64,000 bases of DNA from Balanoglossus misakiensis (Eukaryota; Animalia; Hemichordata), in the NCBI GenBank assembly GCA_040954595.2, contig CM082594.2:5627319-5691318 (forward strand), in the 5' to 3' direction. Made by a program: the position numbers and the translations under genes. Below are positions 25,031 to 39,775 of this stretch, piece after piece (position 1 is the first letter of the stretch; each line of letters starts with the position of its first letter). The notes beneath the pieces are model-generated. The model saw only the letters and a program-made list of their open reading frames with translations. It did no database searches and was not told the DNA's origin.

Positions 25031-28000
25031 AACTATTTTTACAAGCAAGCAATAAACATTATTACTGTCAGAGTTGGGACCTCCCTCATTAATAGTACCG
25101 TAACTTTTCAAAACTATTCTATTCAGTAGACTGTGTTTGGTGTTGTCAGTACAGATACCGTGTTTTGATATACGGGACCCCTATTCAGGAAAAATGTTAC
25201 AATGGGTTTATATTGACTTACATGTACACGTTTGCTTGGTTTCGCGAACACACTTATGTATACAGACATGCAATGTAGATGTCTGTATCGATTACTCCCA
25301 AGTTATTTCATTCCTGTCTACACTCTCTGCACTGGGGCATGCGAGTCAAACGTAATTTATGCGTATAAGGTATCTTGTTTTGCCATAGTGCCAGGCTGAA
25401 CTTTGACCCCCATGCAACACTGTCGCCTTTGGCAGGTCACACTTCTCTTGCGGGCAGATCAGCACCAAGCTTGATATCATACATTGATATATTAACTTTA
25501 GGAGTTGAATGATACATGGATTAATATGTAATTATTGGTTTGGACAGGCCATCACGTTCATTTGATGTCATTTGGATAGTTGCTGGTTTCAGGATCCTGA
25601 AGTTTCGGTCAGTCATCGAAAACACTGTTGTCATCCAGTGCTGAAGTTGAAAGCATGATCTAACTTCTCTAGGTTGGGAATAAACACCGAAATGATCATA
25701 ATTTCGCATGTTTGAGAATGCAGAATCAGAATGACAAACCTCTCGTTGGAAACAATAAAGAAAGATATGCAATTTTATTTGTACACGTATGTACCGATAT
25801 GTGGGTTACGTCTCTGTTGGGTATATGTAGATCTGTATACATTCTAACGTGTTGGACAGGGAAGTGCTGGCCAGGGATTGGTTCTGTACCTGTCACTGTG
25901 CTGTACAAATTTCAATCAGATTGAACAATCAGAACAATATTGAAAGAAACGGTGCTGCGATGTCAATGTCAACACAGCAGACGCTCAATTAATATTTTAC
26001 AATGATTGCCGCACACTTGCTCGGCATGTCTGGCTGTGAAACTCTACACACTAATGCGGTGACTCATTCGCTTTAATCACATCAAGACGATTCGGCAGCC
26101 TGAGTCTGTCTTTCTCCTCATTTCTCTGAAGTGGGGGGAATGTTTATAACAGAATCCGCGTGAAATCCAAAACCCAGAGATGAGTTCATTGTTCACGACC
26201 GCTCGCCCGCAGAGAACCAGCACCTTGAATGACACAGGAATTTCACGTGACTGACAGGCAATGTTAGGTGTAACAATTATGGCAGGGAAGAATCATTTAA
26301 AATAACAGTCACATACCCCCTTCACCTCATTTAGTGTTACGGTACATACCAATGCAGTACAAGGTGTTCACAATGTCTGTGAATTCCTTGTAATGCAAGA
26401 ATGCAGAAAATTTGAAAGAAGACTGCCTTAAAATTAAATTACACATTCAGATAAGAATGTGGCATTTAATCTGATTAGCAATATACTGCATGTTTGTCTC
26501 ATCAGTTTTTCTACTGTACAGCAAGTCTGACTACGTCAAATAAATGTTAGGAATTGAGGTGTGTACAATTATCTTCACATCTCATTCATTACATCACTGG
26601 ATAAAATCTCGACACCATGGATGTACCATTCTGACTGTCTGAGTTCATATCGTTGCAATTCTGTGACATGAATATGACGTACATGTGGAAATTCCTGCAA
26701 CATGTACCTGCAAGAAAAGCTGCCCAGCAAATGCATCCAAGCGTTCACTGCTCGCAATCCTCCACTGATTAATTCATGGACAACAGGCACCTGTACACGC
26801 ATTCAAACGTCCATCACAGCGAGCTGTTATCAAGCACTTCTGCATTTCGTGACAGTGCGACTTACGCAATGCGCCATCAGTCATTACATCTTTCCCACGA
26901 AATGTGTTTCTATTTTTAAAAACATCTTGAATCGAGGAGTTCATACTCCAGCCATACTGCCTCAATTCGACCGAGTGATAACGGTGCATTTTATCATTTA
27001 TTTTCCATTCCTCCCTCTTGCCAAGTGTAGCATTTCACAGACGTAAGCCTTGTAAACACATATAACAGTAACATGCTGTATCTATTCCAAGACATTTAAT
27101 CACTGGCATCTAACACCAAACTGCTGGCCACATCAAGGACATTTTATCAATCTTGCAAGTGTCTTGGCATATAGAGTGGGCTGGCTGGCTGGTGGAAAAA
27201 ATACTGTTTTTATCTTTGCTAATGCATAAGTTAATGCATAACAGAGCCTATTTATCTTATCTGAAGGATGTCTTGCGGTTTTCAATTGAAAACATGTTAT
27301 ACAGAATGAAAGGGCTCCGTCTGGGTTGAACACTTGATGTGAACCACTGCTTGTGAACTGTTGAATTTATCGTGTGTATGCTGAAAATCACACGATACTA
27401 CTGTTGTACTCAAAATACAGACACTGCTAGCCTACATACTGTACGTGGAATAGTGGTCTTTTTGTAATATGCTAATCAGATCAGTCATGTGACTGATTTA
27501 AACCAATGGGTGAATCAGGAGGCAATGATGTTTATCTGCCTCATCACAGAAATGTCATTTCAGCATATATGATTTTGTCATAAGAATTACAAACATAACT
27601 CCGTTTATGAAAATATTTCAAATGGAACAGCAAAATACCCGTGAATAGTTGTAATGAAAATCACCATACTGCATGATCTAGAGATGTAGCATTGCTACAC
27701 ATACATGTACATCTACATTGGTCTGCATCAGTACAATGTAAGGAACAGCATGCACACAAGGCAGGGTGTCAAACAAATAGTTTCACTACCAAGCTCTCCA
27801 CAATGTTGTGGCTGGGAAGACAGAGTGCAGGGGTTACGGAAACACGGTTTCGCAGGAATGTAAACAGTTGACCGAAATCCAAGGTTTCAATGTTTCATTT
27901 CTTATGTCTGAGAAACCAGCCACGCAACCCTGACATTTCACCATTAGTCACAGGGTTTTTCCTACCCCCCCTCCTATCACAGGCACTGACAAATTATTTA

Positions 28001-31000
28001 AGAATGTTCTCTTTCCCTACATATCCTGGTCCACCCCCAGCAGTTACATATGGAATGATCCATTCCAATCACTCCATTGGTATGCTGTTCCGTTCCACAT
28101 CATGCACGGGGAGACCACAAGGTTAATGAGCCGGGAGAGAAACTGGGGTAAACTGTATTCACACAGGTCACCAAAACATCAGATCTCTTTGTTTTGAACT
28201 ATAAGGGCGGAGTCGGAACAACCGATGGAAATAGAATGAATTTCCAAGGAAAAGCAACACCAGGCACTATCCGCGAAGTGGTCCATGGAAGCTGGAGTTT
28301 CAAATTCCATCTCTGAACTGATTTAATTTAAATCTTGTGTTTTGGTTATTATATTAAACCACAAACATGTTGAGCCTAACACCAGTGGAATCACTGAATT
28401 CCCAGAATTCTCACATTGACAGACAACTAGCGCGACTCACAACACTTCTGACGGCCACAGGCCAAACACTCTGTGGCACTGAAGAAAACAAACTTGCCAG
28501 GGAGTGCAAGTGTGAAACGTTGGCCCGGCCGGCAGAAATGCCTTGGGAATGCAAACCACAACCAACACAAATATTATTCTTGTGCTACCCAAAACAACCT
28601 CATTCATCTCTGGCATGCTAATTCTGTTCATAGCAAGTACATGTAGAAAGCGATGTTTTTCCTTCTTGAATGTGTATTTATCACAGCTGGAGTTTAACAC
28701 CTTTTTAGTTGTTCCTTTTATTGAACAAAACCACACAATAATTTTTTATTGAATGTCATCTGAGCGTTAAAAAGTACCAGTAACAATTCCACATTTAACC
28801 CACAATAAAGAAGTCAAACGTACCATTCCTACGGTATTGTGCACATTGTGTTATATTTGTCATGGTAGCAATATTTTGAATACACCTTCACACTTTTATC
28901 CACAAGGACTTGTACACAGAAAATTTTCACCACTTTTCCTAATATTATTTTTTTAGCAGCTGTAATCTCAACGACCATGGAAATGATGGCAACAGGTCAA
29001 AGTTCAAATCACACACCCCCTACAGAATTCGAACATACGTACTATAAAAGTTCACCTGCCCTTGATGACAGGTGTACATGTATTGCAGTGTGGAATATGG
29101 ACCCTGGGGGCTCTGACAACACTTAAAACAACTGTAGCATTTGACAATGGCTGTCCAGGGTATTTCCTACATGTGCTACTGTCACAAATTTTATTTGGTG
29201 AGCCATGATGATGAAGCAAAGAAACAAACCAGCTGACCTGCAGCATCAATCCTGATTGGTCAATTCTCTGTAATCTTCAAACAACTGCCCACCAGGTGCA
29301 CGAATGAATTTAACTTTATTATTATTATAAACATACACGTACTTTTGGCTTTAATGTATACAAATTAATTAATAAATAGTTTCAGTGCTATAGTTTTACC
29401 ACAACGTCATTGCTTTTTCAGTAACATATGGATGCTAACATGCACAAGGCCTTGACTGCTACCACCATTACTCAGCAGTCTATAGCATACAGATACATCT
29501 GGAACAATCGCATTTGTTGGCTTTGGGGAAGAAAGAGGAAATTCCACAAAGATATGGAGTCTGAATTCAAGAACCTGGCTATGGTTTACGAAGTAATCGT
29601 TTCAAGGTGATTTTCAAATGAACTGTGTAACAAATTCCACGCGAAACTCCCCCCTTGGGGTGTCCCCAGCTTTAGGAAAAGTCTTGATTAAACCCAACTT
29701 ACATTGTGATTCTGCACGAATTGAAATTGGTTGGCTCTTAAAACCTCACAGTACTGTACGCATGAAATGTTGTAATTATTTTTTTCAGCTATGGCACAGG
29801 TGTGCATTTTAATTATCATGGAATTGAAAGCACATGTACATACAGCATACAACATAAAAAATATTCTGTGAATATACTCAAACATGCAATTTAGTAAATG
29901 ACATTTCACGCCTGATTCTACAGCTCGTGGTCGATTTTTCTAGTAGCCATGGTAACGCGTTTCACTCTACAACATACTCACAGACTGTACAAAGTCTGTT
30001 CCTGACAGGTACAGTATGTTCATTTCTAGAGATCAGCTAGGCTAAGCTGTCTAATGCCATATTAGTCTGTTGATTTCAATAATATTGGCGTACTACATGT
30101 ATGTACAAAGTCTTAAAACAAAATATGACCTCCCAAACCCTGCCTACCCCTAATCCTCAGTGGTACAGACAGTGTGTCTTTGCACTATTCTGTGAGGATG
30201 GGAATATTACACAATTTTAATTGGGGGGGGGGGGGCACCAAGTACTACACATAAAGGGAACGCACTACATACATACAAGATCCACAAAACAGTGCACTGA
30301 CATAAACCAGCATGTAATCGAAAAATCTATAAATTTAAATGAAGATGAATACACATAATAAACCCTGGGGTCGGCGCTGATGTCACAGTTGAAGAATTCT
30401 AAAAATGGGGAGGTCGACCTTAAACTCTACTTTTACAGTTTCACAGGTCAGAAGGCCACACAACTGTCAGGTTACGAGGGATTTCTCAAAATTGAGGTCA
30501 AAACTTATTTCCTTCAAGATGATACGGAAAGCGAACACTATACATAATCCTGCGGTATCAGAAGAGTTTAAGACTGACTAACTGGTCTCTAGTTACAGAT
30601 ATTTCCTTGTTGTATGGAGATCTGACTGGCTGACTGCTTGTTTGTGCACAGAACATTTCAATATGTGATATCACTATACACTGTACGTCACGCAGTGCTA
30701 CTACTGCTAGTTTTACATCCTGCATCTTCGGTGAAACAGACGAAGCAAACACAAGATTCTAGATGATGGCATTATTGCTAATATATTTGTGTAGCCTGAA
30801 AAATACATGTATGTACAGTCATTGAGTACATGTATGTCTGCATTAAACACTACAAAGAAACCACATACAACCTGCACACATATAACCAGGAATCGCACCT
30901 CATTGTCGTAAGAACACCCTCAACTTAAGCTTGGCAACATTTCCCCGCGAGACGGGCGTGACAACCAAGGACTGTGAATGAATTTGGTTCACTCGTTAAA

Positions 31001-34000
31001 AATGGCTCATTGCTCATGGCTATTATGTACGCTAAGACCCCATACATGTATGAACCCACAAGACTAGGAACCTTGATAAACACTGACAATCTACAAACAG
31101 GCTTTTAATCAGAGTCACTGTAATTGTCCCCAAACACTTCACATTGAAAAGCAGCAATACATGATGTACAATGGTGTGATCGGGACTTATGACACTGCCA
31201 AGGACAGCTTAATTGCATGCAAAACTCTCTCTCTTTGAAGTTTGAGTCTTTCTATTGAAGCGCCTCTAACTTGTAATTGAGGTTGCATGGTCCGCAGGGG
31301 TAATCAGTAATCTACCCACTGAAATACCTTGGAGGTACATGTAGACACCGTGGCATGATGCAGACACGAATGATGTGGCCTCACAAAGTCACTCCAACAA
31401 TGAATTTCAAAACTGATTTTCTTAGACTTGTCCGATGTACTTTTTGTTATCCATAATCTAACTCTTACTCATTATGACGCAATGGCTCAACAAGAAAGAC
31501 TTGATACTTCTTGAAGTGGTTTGTGTACCAAACCAGTCCACTTTCGTTGGTGTTGATTGTAAACAAGCCACTTGTACTATCACACTTTACTAATCACTCC
31601 CGTCAGAAGTATTGAAAAAGGCCATACAACCAAATTTCCATAGGTACCCCTGACAGGTAACATCCACATACGACCATGGATGTTTTTTTTCAATTCACTA
31701 AATGCCTCCAAGGGTCAAGTGGTCACCATGCGAGAGAGCTAATGCCAATAATCTAATGAGATCATACAAATTAGTTCTATTTTCGTCACAATTAACCAGA
31801 GAGTAATGGCCGTGACACGACCAACCAATGAACACGGACAACGGACTCCAACAATACAGAAACTGACAAAGTAATGACTTGATTACAATTTCTGCATCAA
31901 TAACCATTTGAATCATTCAGATGGTAACCAGAAATGCTGACTTCTGGATAAAAAAAACTCACATGGTGGCGAAACCCATCCCACACATTGATATAGACGT
32001 CAGCACGTCAAAACTCCATTAAAAATCAGCAGCTGTCATTTTTGACAACTGAAAACCACTCAGAAATGGAGCTTTAAAAAAAAAAAAACAACCACACCAC
32101 TCAGGTGCTAATGAGCTGTTAATGACATTGTTACCAACACCACACAGCAGAGGGGCACAAGCTCCTCCAGCAATCAACACAAATCAAACTGTGTTTGTTT
32201 TGCTAAATGGCATGTGGTGGTTCCATCCTTAATCAACAGAACTTGACCTGAGAAGGAAACACAGCCCTGAAGATATCCAAGTAGGGGAGGCTTAGCAATA
32301 TGGGATTTATTGCATTTCTCCCTCTGACAGATAAGAAACTGGAAGATCCAGCAATCTCCTTTTCCACTACTTCTGGCAAAGCAATAAGCACCTCCACCTC
32401 ATGGGAAGACATTGAAAAAGGATATTTCAAATATCTGAAGGAAAATGAACCATCCAATCAAGAAAAACTTGTTCAACAACTTTTGAATTGCCTGGGGTAT
32501 TACTATTTATTCTTGTTTTAATCTAACTAAAACATTTGCTATCATGAAATAGACGTGCATTATGCAAATGTTAGACCACTTTGCATACACACTGTCAATT
32601 TATGATCATCTCGGAGTCAAAAATAGCCATTCCAATTTAGCTCACTATCTATTACATATGAGTATGAAATTGATCAGGTGCTATTTCGGTGGTCTAATCA
32701 AGCCAGGCTTTCGTGATGATATACTTTGAATGTTGCCTTTTTATGGTTAGTGATTTATTACATGGTATACTATGAATCATTGAATAAAAACAGCAAAGCT
32801 CTGTAAGCTATTTCTGGTCAGTTTCTTTGTCATGTGGTTTGTGGACAAATCTACATTACACCAGGTGTATGGCTGCTGATTGAAGGAATATGATAATTAG
32901 TCTGTGCTCTGCTGACTCAGCTATAATACATTGTATTTTACAGTACGTAATTTCATGATCCACACAAGAGATTGAAATGAGGGAAAATACAAACATGTAA
33001 CTATACAGTGTATGTGATTAACAACAAACATGTACACTATTGTCAGCCTGGGTACCCTGAAAATCAATGCAATTTCCGCCGACTTGGCACAGAAGAGGAT
33101 TTTGAGACGAACTGGGGCTTTTAAAGATTAATACCTCTTTTTTTTCTCAGTTTACTGGTATTCAAACACACATGCTATTTTGTGAAGGGTCGGAAAACCT
33201 AATTCCAATTTTCTGTAAGCAAATTGGCTATCTGCTTTTGATGGGGCCAAGAAAAAGAACTATTAACACTTAATGCTGTGTTACAACCATTGAAATTTCC
33301 ATCGACAATGCAATTCTCGTGTCACAAAAACCAGCTTCGGAACATTTCGTAGGAACCTCGAAAATCGCAAACGTCATTTCTCTCTAGATTTAATGGGTAG
33401 TCGTAGAAACATCAGAATCAGATTGATCATGCACAAGAAAAACAACGCCCTTTTTTTATTTGTGAGCTTTAAAAGCATATTAGAATTCTCTGCACAAATC
33501 TATTAACTCAACTCTACACAGAGAAACCTTGGAATGATCTAACCCCCCGGCTACATCATATATGGTCTGGCTGTCAGATGCTCTCTGCTGAAGATGTAGC
33601 AATGAATGAATCCCTATTACTGTATAACCAAGGACACCACTGGCCATACTACTAGCTATGTTTTGGCTATCCTAACAGTTTAGCTAGCAGGCAATAACAT
33701 TTGACAGCTTAAAATACCATTCCTGTACAGCTATGGCAATGGCTGAGGCTAATAATCTACATCTGAAATATTGCTCGGTAAACAATACTTTTAACATGAG
33801 TGTGCTGTGCATTTCAGAACTGAAACTAGTAAAGAACAGTGAGCTGACAGGTGTGGTTTCCTAATCAAAAGGATCTTACTAGGGGATCAAAAAATTTTAC
33901 ATTTAGATTAACGATAAACAATGAAAGATTTGTCGGAAAATTAGGCTGCGTTCACTGATTTATTCTAATCGTGTCGGAAAGCGTAATGCAAATCGAACAC

Positions 34001-34178
34001 GATCCGGCCAGGGCTCCACCGACTGCTTAAATAATCCGCGAGGCATTACCGTGAATGACGCACGCTTGAGTCGTATTTCATCCACGTTATGAAAGTGGCG
34101 GGGGGACACACCCACTACACCACACTGTTTTCAAACACCATCTCCCATTTACAGAACAGTTCTCCACAGTTCGCAGGT

Positions 34179-34411
34179 GACAAGTAGCCACTCATTTGCA
34201 TAACAGTGACCTAATTTGACTAACAATACCACCGGAGTGCCGTGGAGATTCGATTTTCGAAGGTATACGACAGATTCGTAAGAAAAGCCTGCAGACGACA
34301 AGAAGCCACTCATTTGCATAACACTTATCTAATTTGACTAACAATACAATTTCTGAGTGCCATGGCGATTAGATTTTCGAAGGGATACACAGATTTGTAA
34401 GAAAAAGCCTA
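34179..34411. repeat. Imperfect 118-bp tandem duplication, each unit carrying an octamer motif
   Basis: gacaag.agccactcATTTGCATaaca...ctaatttgactaacaatac...gattttcgaagg.atac...gtaagaaaagcct begins at 34179 and again at 34297. Confidence 0.85.
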
Positions 34412-37400
34412 CATGCTTCATAATTTCATTAACGCGGACATTCAGCATATTGTTTTTTGTTCACCTGCAGGTGAGGAAATTAAATTAGGGCATAGACTAC
34501 CTTGATTAATTTTGATTTAATTTGATGGAAGCACTGGACTGGATGAAATTCACTTTCATTTTCTGAACGTGTTCATCATGTATACAAGAACAGAGATTGA
34601 AGTCCGGAAGTGCTGTATTGGACTAGACAATTCACAGCAGTCTCATTCTTTTTAACACGTAAACTGTAAACCTCTACTGTACATAGTCCTACTGATCGAT
34701 AAAACGCACACATCCAAAACCCTTGATAATGAACTGGGATGGACCTCCAACTAATTAAATAAAGTTCAATTATTACTGCATTAAATTCTGAAAATCAATT
34801 TATCTGGACTTCCAGGCCAGGGTCAAATTCTGACAAAGTAAATCACCCACTTCGTTGCAAATACCTCTCACGCATTATTGTATAGTCATATGGGCGTGTT
34901 AAAAAAGGCGGGTTGAATTTTGTCGTCAGATACGGTCACGCTTGCCTTTCATCAGACTCAGTCGTGCATGTATCAATTCAACTACCCTACACAAGTTCTA
35001 TATGGCGGAAAGAAGCCTTAAATTCTGAAATAACAGAATTTTAGCCCCTTGGGTTGATATGGTTAGTCCAATGCATCATGGGTCATTTCAACTGTGAATT
35101 TCTGTGACAATTTGTACAACATGTCCGTTCTCCTAATGTGTGGTCATTTCATATGTATGAAAATAAAGCAAGGAACCATGGATAACACTTTCACTAAAAT
35201 AAAACCTAATAAAAATCTCGCTCATGTACTTATCAAAATTAAAACAATTTTCTCCTGTTTTTATTAATTTTTTTCATTGATAATAAATGCCAGTGTATAT
35301 GTATATTTTGTCCCATTGCAGAAAATAATGCCCAAAGACATCACAGTGCCATTAAATTCTCATCGGTAATGGACAGTACAATTTGAATAAAGCCTAAGGC
35401 ATGTACATGTATATGTACCGACGACAAAAATTGATCTGCCAAAGAGCAAAAATTTCCAAACAAAATGATGGTACTCCTCTTTGCCAGAGGAAACAATACC
35501 TGCTTCAAGTGGCCAACAGTGGAAAGATATTTTCACAAAACATTGGAAATGGACCTATAAATTTATATGGGTTGTGTTTTCAAGTACTCTTCATTATTAT
35601 TCAAAACAGCATTCTGAAATCAACACGGAGTGCTTTCTTTCTAACCTTGAATCTCAGCTTTTTTTATATAAAGGTGTGTGTGACTGAGTGAGTGGGTATT
35701 CATCTGAACATCTGAACTCAACTGCCATTCCCAAGGTCACATCGATCAAAACAGGTCTTTGTCAAAATCCCAAATACAGCCAAACAGATCGCTTTCCCAA
35801 GATGCTTCAGCCAGTGAAAATTCAAAGGTCACTGACCTCAAAGTCAGAAATGACCAGAGTTGTTCTATTCATGTGGTTCAATCTCCTGGATAAACTTTTA
35901 CCAACAACAAACAAGTTCACAGCCAGTTTCAGATTATGGAAGATTGCGGCAAATATGGTAATAAAATTTTATGGGTGATCATACTTACTACTGAACAGTT
36001 AAACAGTTTTCATTAATTTTTACTTATTTGACTACATGTACTACTGATTGCATTTCACTTGATTTGCATATATACTGAATCTTCAGTTATGGTCATGATT
36101 TTCTATTGTTTTCCCAAAATTAAAAGGGTAACTACCAATAATATTACCAGTAACTTTAACTGCGCTGAGAAACACAGATATGGGTGTTTTTTTCATGAAA
36201 AATAACTTCACTATAATGGCTCAGTAGATGATTTATTCAAAACATAAATAATCTGTGCCAAATTTGCCAGACAGACAAATTGCAAACCATGGTCGAAGTC
36301 TGCCGATTTAAACACAGAACAAACACACCACTTAGCCCGCTGGCTGACCTCAAGTGTACTGACTCATCAAAGTGCATAAAATACAAATGATCCCGGCCAG
36401 GCTATTATACACGCCATGTATATTTCATGCAGCAGTTTGTGATTACCAGGCAATCGACACTGGGTTGTCGGATTACACACGGCTGAAATATTGGGTCTTA
36501 GTATGCGACCGCTGCGTTTGTCTTACTTTCTACGCAGAAAAATACTTTTTACGCAGTTGCAAGCCGGAAAATGTGCAAAACTTGTACATACATGTACTAA
36601 CTTCATCAAGGGAGTTTCTATCTCTATCGAAATCATACACATCTTTCTTATCAGAATTAGGGGTTCATCTCAGTCCCACTCGCATATCTGTAATCACTAC
36701 ATCCTACCCACAACCGTCGCCAACACAGGAATGATCGATAACCCAACTCCTAACCTTCCAGGATGGATTATGCACACACTCAGCACTTCAGATAAACTCG
36801 GAATTAATTGTGTCATACTTGTAAAAAGAAAAGTAATTTTATGAGGTAGTAAAACTCATTTCATTACTTTACACTCAAGATTGATCAGCGATAATCCCCA
36901 TGTATCCTTCGGCAAACAAATTGATGTGATTTTTTATTAATGTTTCATGAATTGCAGACATTCCTGATGCATTCTTTTTACAACCTATCAGTATTATAGA
37001 CCATTTTTTTCCTTCCAAGAAAAATTATCACCCATCAAGTTAATTAGATATGCCTGAATTTCCATTCAGTAAAAAGAATTTAGTCCCGACACTGGGAATC
37101 ATTCCTTATGGATGATGATCATATGTTTGGATTAAACAAACCTGTATTAAAATATTCTGCTCAATTAATCCGAAATGTGCATTTAATTGAGATGTGCTAA
37201 AGCCTCGCTAATCTAAGTTATATCATGTGTTTGGGTCAAAAAAAGTACCAATGATACCATATCAGCAGACTATATACTGGCAAAATAAACAATAGCACAC
37301 CAGTCATTGCCCTGGAACTGGGCAGATTTTGGAGCGAGGCCAAATTTTCAAGCTTTCCATCTTTTCACAGATGCGACAGAAGCGAGCAGGTCAATAAGGC

Positions 37401-39694
37401 TCCCATTCATTCCACTTGGTATGCAGAGGGTAAATCGAATGACTGGAAATGACCTCAGAAAACATGATTGCTTTCATCTTGAATGCATTAGACTTCAGCA
37501 TACATGTGCAGTCGCTTCGTCTGTCCACAATCAAGGCCAGCCTCTCTCGTCAAACACTGGGGGGGAGGAGGGGGAGGGGGAGGGGGAAGAGACATGAATC
37601 ATGTGATATAATGATACATGTACCTTTGGTATGCACCCCCCCCCCCTCATTATTTTGAATAAAACACAGTAATTTGACATCGCATATGAAGCACTATACA
37701 ACATATTTAACCAACACATGCCTGCCAAGCCCAGTGACACCAACAATCTGCAACACAACCTAAATGATGTACTGTGGCTGCCAAAACTCACAAAATAGCC
37801 CCTGCACATACTTGTTCCCCACAGGGGATGAGACAATTTCCTAATTGATAAATATCACTCCAGGCAATCACCATGGCGATACAATTGCAAACTACTTACA
37901 TCTGCAAATTAGAATAATAATGGAAATTCCATCCAAATAATGCTCGGTTATAGTAAAACAATCAATAACAATTACATATGTGCTCGATGATTAAAAAAAA
38001 AATTCACTTGGGAATACTTATAAGAATCTGAGATAATATGATCTCATATATCATGAAATCTGATATTTTTCATTCTAACATCATTCTGAATCATATCTGA
38101 TTATTATAATTGCTATGTCCTGACATTGTGAATATTGGCAATGTCCATCTCTACCTCCCCTAACATCTGTGGTACTACATGTATTACTGAAAGCAAATCA
38201 TCTAGGTACGACAATCAGTACATAAGTTCAATAATATATTCAGTTATGGAGCTGAAGGAGGATTTATGACAAAAAACTGTCAAACCCCAAATAATCCAAT
38301 ACACGGTGAAAATGTTTGAAGACTAGCAGGGAAAAAAGACAGGATCATTAGCCACAATGAAATATGAGACCCTCAGTAGCAAATTCTTCTGCACAGAGAT
38401 GTTACCCAGAATGCAATAGTTTGGACGCCTGATTCCGAATGGAATGTTCATTGAAAACACACATGAACTGTGTCAGTCTGTATGGTTAGAGCAGCTGTGG
38501 CCGTTTTAAACAAAAAAAGGTTCTTTTCATCGTGACATACAAAAACAAGTTAGCTTTACTAAATATAGACACAAAATGGTTTTTCAACAATTAGAATCTG
38601 TTGGTGGCCGGTTTCTCAAAACTGAAAATTATGGTGTCTTTAATTTCAAATGACGAATAATCTCATTGATATAAATTGTATCAATTGACTGAAGAAATAA
38701 TTGGAAACTGGAATAACAGTATCTGGTCTAAAATTAAAATAACACAGAAGGTCACATGTCCTCAGGAGATCAGCTGATCTTAATACACATTTCCTGTTTA
38801 TCACAGTAAAAAAATTTATCAAATCAATTTTGTGATACTGATCGTGAACATAACAACGACTATCAATCAAGTGATCAATCACACGCATTAATCAAATGTA
38901 TTGGTGAAGATCACGATCAGATCTCTCAAGGGTATTTGCCAATGGCTAGGGGATGGCTTTGTCGCCTTGGTGATACACAACGTCACAGGTATGCCCGGAG
39001 GAAATTATCGACAACATGGCAGTGATGAGCATGTCCAAGGTGGATGGCAATTGAGGTCAGCAGAGATGACCCACAGAAGGAGGACATACATGTAGACTTC
39101 TCAAATTAAATACTGGCAATTAATTCTAAAAAAAAGTCCAACTGTATCTTTTCACTCCTGAATAATGTTAATCAGCATATATTACCAGCATCTGGATATT
39201 TGATGAGCAGAACCAAATTTGTGACACTGGCTCACTCATTAGGAATATTAGGGTTAAAGGTCAAGTGAAGCCCTAGACAACAATAGTTAGAATCATAATT
39301 CACCCAATTATCTAAAGAATTTTTCTGAAGGCTATTTTGTATAGCATTGGCTTCAAAATCATGTCTTAACATCTGCTGAAAGAAATGGTACAACTGGAAG
39401 ATTCTAGTTATCTTGATGAAAAAAATTGGGGGAGGGGCTGGTAGTAACTGTAAGGAGTGTGACCTTGTTACCCCTGTCACACAATGGTAAATTTTGCACT
39501 ATTGTTTTGAACAGTAAACAGGACCTTAACTACAGAAAATTAGGGCGGAAGAGCTAAAATTAGACACGGTCAGGTGATCAGACCAGAAAAAGAATCAGTC
39601 ATTGAATGAGCATAATGCAGTGAACTGAGCTGAACACCATGTTAATTAATGCCGAAAATAAGATAATTGAAATATTGGCAAAAAGTGAATGACA

Positions 39695-39775
39695 TTTCAC
39701 CCCTAGTTCCCTCTTCAGAGGTCCAACCTCACCATAGAAAATAATACGTCTGGACTGAACCGTGGTGGTCAACCC
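39695..39775 (-). mobile_element. Degenerate third copy of the TTAA MITE
   Basis: tttcacccctagttccc...agaggtccaacctcaccatagaaa.aat...tggac...ccgtggtggt matches the MITE body; the termini are eroded. Confidence 0.45.

Noticed and set aside
37559-37590. G-rich purine tract with G-quadruplex potential
   Set aside because: It is simple low-complexity sequence with no supporting context.
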